A stretch of 63,790 nt of DNA, the filler included, from Reclinomonas americana ATCC 50394 (taxonomy: Eukaryota): NCBI GenBank assembly GCA_048213135.1. It is 7 parts of 3 records of this genome, joined end to end, with 100 filler letters (N's around TTAATTAATTAA, not from the genome) between each part and the next. Parts side by side here need not be neighbours in the genome. Positions count along the whole stretch, not along the records: positions 54,148 to 59,583 come from PS015157.1; positions 59,684 to 63,790 come from PS015158.1; 5 more parts are not named here. One strand, 5' to 3'. Below the pieces are notes generated by a model. It saw nothing but the letters and a program-made list of their open reading frames with translations. It was not told the DNA's origin and did no database searches. How positions within the stretch are numbered: position 1 is the stretch's first letter; every line of letters begins with the position of its first letter. The position numbers were made by a program, and so were the translations under genes. Below, piece after piece: positions 57,101 through 63,790 of this stretch.

Positions 57101-59568
57101 TTCTCCCTGCGCAGAGAAGGACCAAGTTGCGCAGCTGTCGTTGCAGGCGTCGCAGTTGGCGGCCCTGGAAGAGCTGCTGCGCAAGGTCGCCGACGTGTGG
57201 GAGGTGGCCGAGTACACTCTCAACCAGCACGGCAACGTGTTCATTCTCGGCGGCCTCGACGAAATCATTGAGCAACTCGACGACTCGCGCCTCACTGTCG
57301 GTTCCATCATGGGCTCGCGCTTTGTCGGTCCCATTCGAGCGGTTAGTGCTCGCACAGCATCGTTTTGTATGACGCATAAGAGTTGGCTCTGACACTTTGT
57401 ATCCTATTTCGTTGTTGCTGCGCAGCGTGTGGAGCAGTGGGATCAGAATCTGGCACTCATGGCCAAGACGCTCGACGAGTGGATGGCCTGCCAGCGCGAC
57501 TGGCTGTACTTGGAGAGTATCTTCTCATCCAAGGAAATCCAGCGCCAGGTCGAGGAGTCCAAGGTCTTCATGGTGGTCGACAAGACCTTCAAGGGTACGT
57601 ACATGCACCACCCACTTCATTTTGTTTTCTTCCACCCTCTCACCGCTGTCGCACACAGAAATCATGAAGTCCACATTCGACAGCCCGAAGGCGCTGCCGG
57701 CAACCACAGCCCCCGGTCTGCTGAACAAGCTGAAGGATTGCAACAAGTCGCTGGCCATTGTGCAAAAGGGTCTCGATCGTTTCCTGGAGCAGAAGCGTCA
57801 GGGTTTCCCGCGCTTCTACTTTTTGTCGAACGACGATCTGCTGGCCATTCTTGCCGAGAACAACAACCCGCTCGTGGTGCAGCCGTACATGGGCAAGTGC
57901 TTTGACGGCATCAAGGAGCTCGGTTTTGCGGCGGACAACATTGGCATTGAGGAGCTGGTGTCGCCCGAGGGCGAGCATGTGTCGATGGGCGTGAATCTGG
58001 CCGCTCGTGGCGCCGTCGAAAAGTGGTTGACAGAAGTGGAGGAGCGCATGGTGGTCTCGCTGCGCGATCTCACCTACCAGTCCGTGCTCGACTACCCCAC
58101 CAAGCCATTCGAGGAGTGGATGCGCTCACACGCCTCCCAGATTGTGCTGACGGTGGCGCAAATCTTCTGGGCGCAGGAGGTCACCGAGTGCCTCGACGGC
58201 GATGAGGGCTCGCACAAGCTCAAGGACTACTACAAGAAGGTTTGTTTCGCCTGTCCTCTTTGGGGTTTCTTCCACCTCCTCCTCCTCCTTCTGACCACCG
58301 CCACAGTCCATTGAGCAACTGGCCAAATTGGCTGCACTGACACGCACGGACATTGACTCGCGTCTGCGTATCACGCTCGGAGCGCTGATTGTGATCAGTG
58401 TGCACGCTCGTGATGTGGTGGAGAACATGATTGAGGACGGCGTGTCACGACCGGCTGACTTTGGCTGGGTCAAGCAGCTGCGCTACTACTGGGACGACGA
58501 AGTCAACGACTGCCTTGTGCGCCAGTCGAACTCGTGCTTCTACTACGGCTACGAGTACCTCGGCGCACAGCCGCGTCTCGTCATTACGCCGCTGACGGAT
58601 CGCATCTGTTGCGTGCGCTCTTGCGGGAACGATCAAGTCATATCTTTCTTTTTTCTGCTCACCTTTTTCGACGACAGACATGACGCTGACCGGTGCTTTG
58701 CAACTGACGCTCGGCGGTGCGCCTGCCGGTCCCGCCGGAACGGGCAAGACCGAGACCACCAAGGATTTGGCCAAGTCGCTCGGCCGCCAATGTGTGGTGC
58801 GTGTGCACGCGTGCACGTCTGCATTCTGTGATTGTTGCGCTAATCGCTGGTGTGTGTGGCGCGTGCAGGTCTTCAACTGTTCCGAGGGTGTGACGTACCT
58901 CATGATGTCCACCTTCTTCACCGGCCTCATCATGTGCGGCGCCTGGTGCTGCTTCGACGAGTTCAACCGCATCGGCATTGAGGTAATTGCCTTTTTGTTC
59001 ATTCGCCGCGCCATCGCCATCTCTTTCTCACTGATGATCTGCTATCTCCTCTGCAGGTGTTGTCCGTCATTGCCACACAAGTGCTGGAGATCCGCACGGC
59101 CTTGTTGAAGAAGACGCCGCGCATGTACTTTGAGGGGCGTGACATTGCCGTCCGTCACACTTGCGGTTTCTTCATCACCATGAACCCCGGTTACGCCGGT
59201 CGTACCGAGTTGCCCGACAATCTGAAGGTTAGTTCCATCTGTGTGTGCACACACGCGCCTGCACGTGATGCACGAGACTTATCATTTGCGTGTGCAGTCG
59301 CTCTTCCGACCTGTCGCCTGTATGATTCCCGACTACCGACTCATTGCCGAGGTCGTGCTGTTCTCGGAGGGTTTCGAGAACGCCAAGCTGCTTTCACGCA
59401 AGATGGTCCAGCTCTACAAGTTGTCGTCGGAGCAGCTGTCGTCGCAGGATCACTACGACTTTGGCATGCGTGCCGTGAAGAGTGTGTTGGTCATGGCTGG
59501 CTCGCTGAAGCGCCAGAATCCCAACATTGTGGAGGATCTCTTGCTCATTCGTGCCATGCGCGACAGCA
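54180..59568 (+). CDS. Axonemal inner-arm dynein heavy chain (DNAH6-like), stem to AAA1; partial
   Basis: YNPYSL..SGVTH..FFRNFK tail, [40 protein letters not shown]-loop [55 protein letters not shown]. Confidence 0.96.
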
Positions 59569-59684
59569 GTGCGTAGGCACTTGNNNNNNNNNNNNNNNNN
59601 NNNNNNNNNNNNNNNNNNNNNNNNNNNTTAATTAATTAANNNNNNNNNNNNNNNNNNNNNNNNNNNNNNNNNNNNNNNNNNNNG

Positions 59685-61364
59685 ACGCTGCATTGCACCC
59701 GAAGGCCTTCCTTCCCACCTCCTTTCGTCTTCGTCGGCAGCCGACTGGTCGCTTCGACTGCTTGTTGAGTCGGCCTCCTTCAACAGCTGCGAGTACTGGA
59801 TTCCCGACGGCAATGCGGCGTCGGAGCCGGCGGAAAAGGCCTGGTGCGACGCGCCACCCGCCTGCAGCATTTGCGAATAATGCGAAGATCCACCCATGTG
59901 GCGGCCACCGTGTACCGCCTGCGGCCGCCTCCAGTTGGCATGCTGCTGTGTCGGCGGTGTCGACACGGTCGATGGACTGCCCTTGGCGGTCGTGTTGGAC
60001 GAGGCCGTCGACGTGGTGGTGATGGATGACGTCATCGAGTTGCTGCCGCCAGACATGTGACGCGCCATGGACGATGTGGTGTCGGTGGCCATGGGATCCA
60101 GCGCCTCCAAATCATCGTCATCCAAGTCGTCGTCGTCGGAGCTGTCTCGTCGATGGCTGCCCGCCGTCGACGGCCTTGTGCCCGACCCTCCACCTCCCGA
60201 TCCGTCAATGTCGTCGCTGTCGCCAAATTGCGCCTTGCGAGACGACCTTCTTTTTCTCACCGGCACGACCACGCCCTGCGACAGGCGCGACTGCCGGTGC
60301 TTCTGCAGATGCGACTTGATGTGCGAGGTGGTGATGACAAGAGATGCGTCGTGTGCCAGCATCTCATTTCGTATGGTTTTTGGACCCAGCGCTGTGCACC
60401 AATGATGTGAGACAAGACTGCCTCTCCAGCGCGCGCGCGCTCTCTCTCTCTCTCCCCATCCACGCAACGTCGCTGTACCGCAATCAACCGATCCACGGCC
60501 GCCTCAAAGGCCGTATGCAGTGCCGGAGTCCACCGAAACCGTTTCCGGCTGATTGTCAGAAAAANNNNNNNNNNNNNNNNNNNNNNNNNNNNNNNNNNNN
60601 NNNNNNNNNNNNNNNNNNNNNNNNNNNNNNNNNNNNNNNNNNNNNNNNNNNNNNNNNNNNNNNNNNNNNNNNNNNNNNNNNNNNNNNNNNNNNNNNNNNN
60701 NNNNNNNNNNNNNNNNNNNNNNNNNNNNNNNNNNNNNNNNNNNNNNNNNNNNNNNNNNNNNNNNNNNNNNNNNNNNNNNNNNNNNNNNNNNNNNNNNNNN
60801 NNNNNNNNNNNNNNNNNNNNNNNNNNNNNNNNNNNNNNNNNNNNNNNNNNNNNNNNNNNNNNNNNNNNNNNNNNNNNNNNNNNNNNNNNNNNNNNNNNNN
60901 NNNNNNNNNNNNNNNNNNNNNNNNNNNNNNNNNNNNNNNNNNNNNNNNNNNNNNNNNNNNNNNNNNNNNNNNNNNNNNNNNNNNNNNNNNNNNNNNNNNN
61001 NNNNNNNNNNNNNNNNNNNNNNNNNNNNNNNNNNNNNNNNNNNNNNNNNNNNNNNNNNNNNNNNNNNNNNNNNNNNNNNNNNNNNNNNNNNNNNNNNNNN
61101 NNNNNNNNNNNNNNNNNNNNNNNNNNNNNNNNNNNNNNNNNNNNNNNNNNNNNNNNNNNNNNNNNNNNNNNNNNNNNNNNNNNNNNNNNNNNNNNNNNNN
61201 NNNNNNNNNNNNNNNNNNNNNNNNNNNNNNNNNNNNNNNNNNNNNNNNNNNNNNNNNNNNNNNNNNNNNNNNNNNNNNNNNNNNNNNNNNNNNNNNNNNN
61301 NNNNNNNNNNNNNNNNNNNNNNNNNNNNNNNNNNNNNNNNNNNNNNNNNNNNNNNNTTGCTGCT

Positions 61365-61408
<44 letters not shown>

Positions 61409-63790
61409 TGTCGCATCCGCTCGAGGTGCTCATTCATCTCGGGCGACGTCGGAGTCTGTGGGCCATAGCGCGGCGGGAACGGGTTCGCAGAGTGTGGTAC
61501 CACTGGCCGCGCCGCCATCAGCTGCTCTAGAAACTGTTGCTGGCGATACGGCATGGGTGCTGCACCGACAGCAAACTGCAGCAAGCGGCTCACTTCTTGA
61601 GCGTCCTGGAAGAGTTGTTGAATGGACTGTGTGTTAACAAATAAACAGTGATGAGTGGTCCGCATCTCTATCAAAAGCAGCACAGATGGCATTGCGTACC
61701 TCTTGATGAGCGGACGAGAGAGGCTGCTGCTGCTGCTGCTGCTGTGACGGCGGCGGCATGCCGTGCACTCGCGATGCTGCGGCTGCGGCTGCAGCCAACT
61801 GCTGCTGTTGCTGTTGCTGCTGCTGCTGCTGCTGTTGCTGTTGTTGGTGCTGCATGTACGCCGCAACGACAGTGGAAAGGTCGGTCGTCGGCAGCGATGC
61901 CGCCGGGGGTATCAACGGCATCGACAGCGGCCCGCCATTTGGCTGCATCGAAGCCGCCGCCGCTGCCGCGGCTGCAGCCATGGCTGTTGCCGACGAAGGC
62001 ACCAGTGGGCCCGGCGGAAGCGAAGCCGTGTGCCCTGCCGACATTGACGATGAACTGTGTTGCGCTGACGGGGCAGTCGATGCACGCGATCGATGCATCG
62101 ACGGCGTCTTGGTATCGGTAGCAGACCTCCTGGTGGACTGGCGCGTGGGCTCGTCGTCAGACGACTGCGCACACACAAGAGCGGCGCATGTGAGTAACGA
62201 TACAACAGAGGAAGGAAGCAGGGTCGTGACGCACCGAATTGCGCTGCATCCCAGGCGGAGTGATGGAGTGCGGTCGCTTGTGGCCCGGCAACGCAGGCTG
62301 CATCGTTGTCCTCGACTCCTCCACTGGCGGGTAGTCGTGGGGGAAGCGCAGGTGGGGCATGGACGAGGAGACTGTTGATTGCAAATGGCTGGTGTCACCG
62401 CCCGCAGCAGCGGCAGCGGCGGCGGCGGCGGCGGCGGCGGACGACGATGAACCCTGATNNNNNNNNNNNNNNNNNNNNNNNNNNNNNNNNNNNNNNNNNN
62501 NNNNNNNNNNNNNNNNNNNNNNNNNNNNNNNNNNNNNNNNNNNNNNNNNNNNNNNNNNNNNNNNNNNNNNNNNNNNNNNNNNNNNNNNNNNNNNNNNNNN
62601 NNNNNNNNNNNNNNNNNNNNNNNNNNNNNNNNNNNNNNNNNNNNNNNNNNNNNNNNNNNNNNNNNNNNNNNNNNNNNNNNNNNNNNNNNNNNNNNNNNNN
62701 NNNNNNNNNNNNNNNNNNNNNNNNNNNNNNNNNNNNNNNNNNNNNNNNNNNNNNNNNNNNNNNNNNNNNNNNNNNNNNNNNNNNNNNNNNNNNNNNNNNN
62801 NNNNNNNNNNNNNNNNNNNNNNNNNNNNNNNNNNNNNNNNNNNNNNNNNNNNNNNNNNNNNNNNNNNNNNNNNNNNNNNNNNNNNNNNNNNNNNNNNNNN
62901 NNNNNNNNNNNNNNNNNNNNNNNNNNNNNNNNNNNNNNNNNNNNNNNNNNNNNNNNNNNNNNNNNNNNNNNNNNNNNNNNNNNNNNNNNNNNNNNNNNNN
63001 NNNNNNNNNNNNNNNNNNNNNNNNNNNNNNNNNNNNNNNNNNNNNNNNNNNNNNNNNNNNNNNNNNNNNNNNNNNNNNNNNNNNNNNNNNNNNNNNNNNN
63101 NNNNNNNNNNNNNNNNNNNNNNNNNNNNNNNNNNNNNNNNNNNNNNNNNNNNNNNNNNNNNNNNNNNNNNNNNNNNNNNNNNNNNNNNNNNNNNNNNNNN
63201 NNNNNNNNNNNNNNNNNNNNNNNNNNNNNNNNNNGCTGCTGCGAAGGTGGTTGCTGCTGTTGCTGTGGCTGAGACATTTGGGATGGCGGCGGCATGGACG
63301 CAGCGGATGGCGGTGGTGGTGCTGCGGCCGCTTGCTGCGACACCTGCGGTGTTGTGACAGCCGACTGGGGGCGTGCCGGCGGCGGCGGCGGAGGAGGAGC
63401 TTGCTGCTGCGTTTGCATCGCACGCTGCGGTACGACTGGCGCAGGAGGCATTGGTTGGGTGGGAGCCAGCGATTGCTGCAGATAGGCCGCCATGTGGGGA
63501 CCGCGTACATCGTGACGAACGACCTGCGGCTGCTGCTGCTGCTGCTGCTGCTGCTGCGGGGCAGCGGGTGGAGGCGGCGGCGGCGGCGCCGTCCTGCTCT
63601 GTTGCTGCTGCTGCTGCAATTGATGTTGCATTTGCAGCTGTTGCTGCAAGTGCAGGAACAGAAGCTGCCGTTGCTGCTCCTGCTCGTGCTGCTGCTGTTG
63701 GTGTTGCTGCAAGTGCTGCTGCTCTTCGTGCTGCTGCTGATGCTGCTGTTGCCGCCGCTCAATTTCCTCGTGTTCTTGCTGCTGCTGCTG
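59685..63790 (-). CDS. GARP/SHAQKYF-class Myb transcription factor with long Gln/Pro-rich N-terminal region; partial
   Basis: Spliced RKRFRWTPALHTAFEAAVDRL..|PLGPKTIRNEML..HIKSHLQKHR (about 60290-60550). Upstream same-strand poly-Q/P exons probably belong to the same gene, but this link crosses gaps. Confidence 0.75.

Noticed and set aside
57028-57114. GC-AG intron in dynein (LLEKDQ reading)
   Set aside because: A GT donor three bases later (GTTGCG at 57031) gives an equally in-frame product and fits the recurrent donor class.
57399-57407. GTATCCTAT as a second U12 donor
   Set aside because: It lies inside an ordinary GTTAGT...CAG dynein intron, deviates from the consensus and has no U12 branch site.

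Overview
Eukaryotic, intron-rich, gene-dense DNA from a flagellated protist (axonemal dynein, SHIPPO/ODF3). The window concatenates seven draft scaffolds joined by artificial N-TTAATTAATTAA-N linkers and contains many N gaps. After manual splicing I recognise AASDH-like NRPS, tandem-PH protein, proline dehydrogenase, NAT10, UTP4, ODF3/SHIPPO-repeat protein, ASPL/PUX1-like UBX protein, ATAD2/Yta7, TLC protein, MED22-like, WD40 proteins, a TM-U-box-RBR E3 ligase, a 72-aa microprotein, a small SET protein, a secreted heme peroxidase, BIG/Sec7 Arf-GEF, inner-arm dynein heavy chain and a Q-rich GARP/SHAQKYF Myb factor. The most unusual signals concern splicing. (1) About 20 introns in 10 unrelated genes use a one-nucleotide-shifted donor, GTTGCG, almost always after a non-G exon base, alongside the ordinary G|GTGCGT/GTGAGT class. 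(2) ATAD2 contains a textbook AT-AC U12-type intron, implying a minor spliceosome. Exon boundaries were inferred by hand from reading-frame continuity and protein motifs; no database searches were run.
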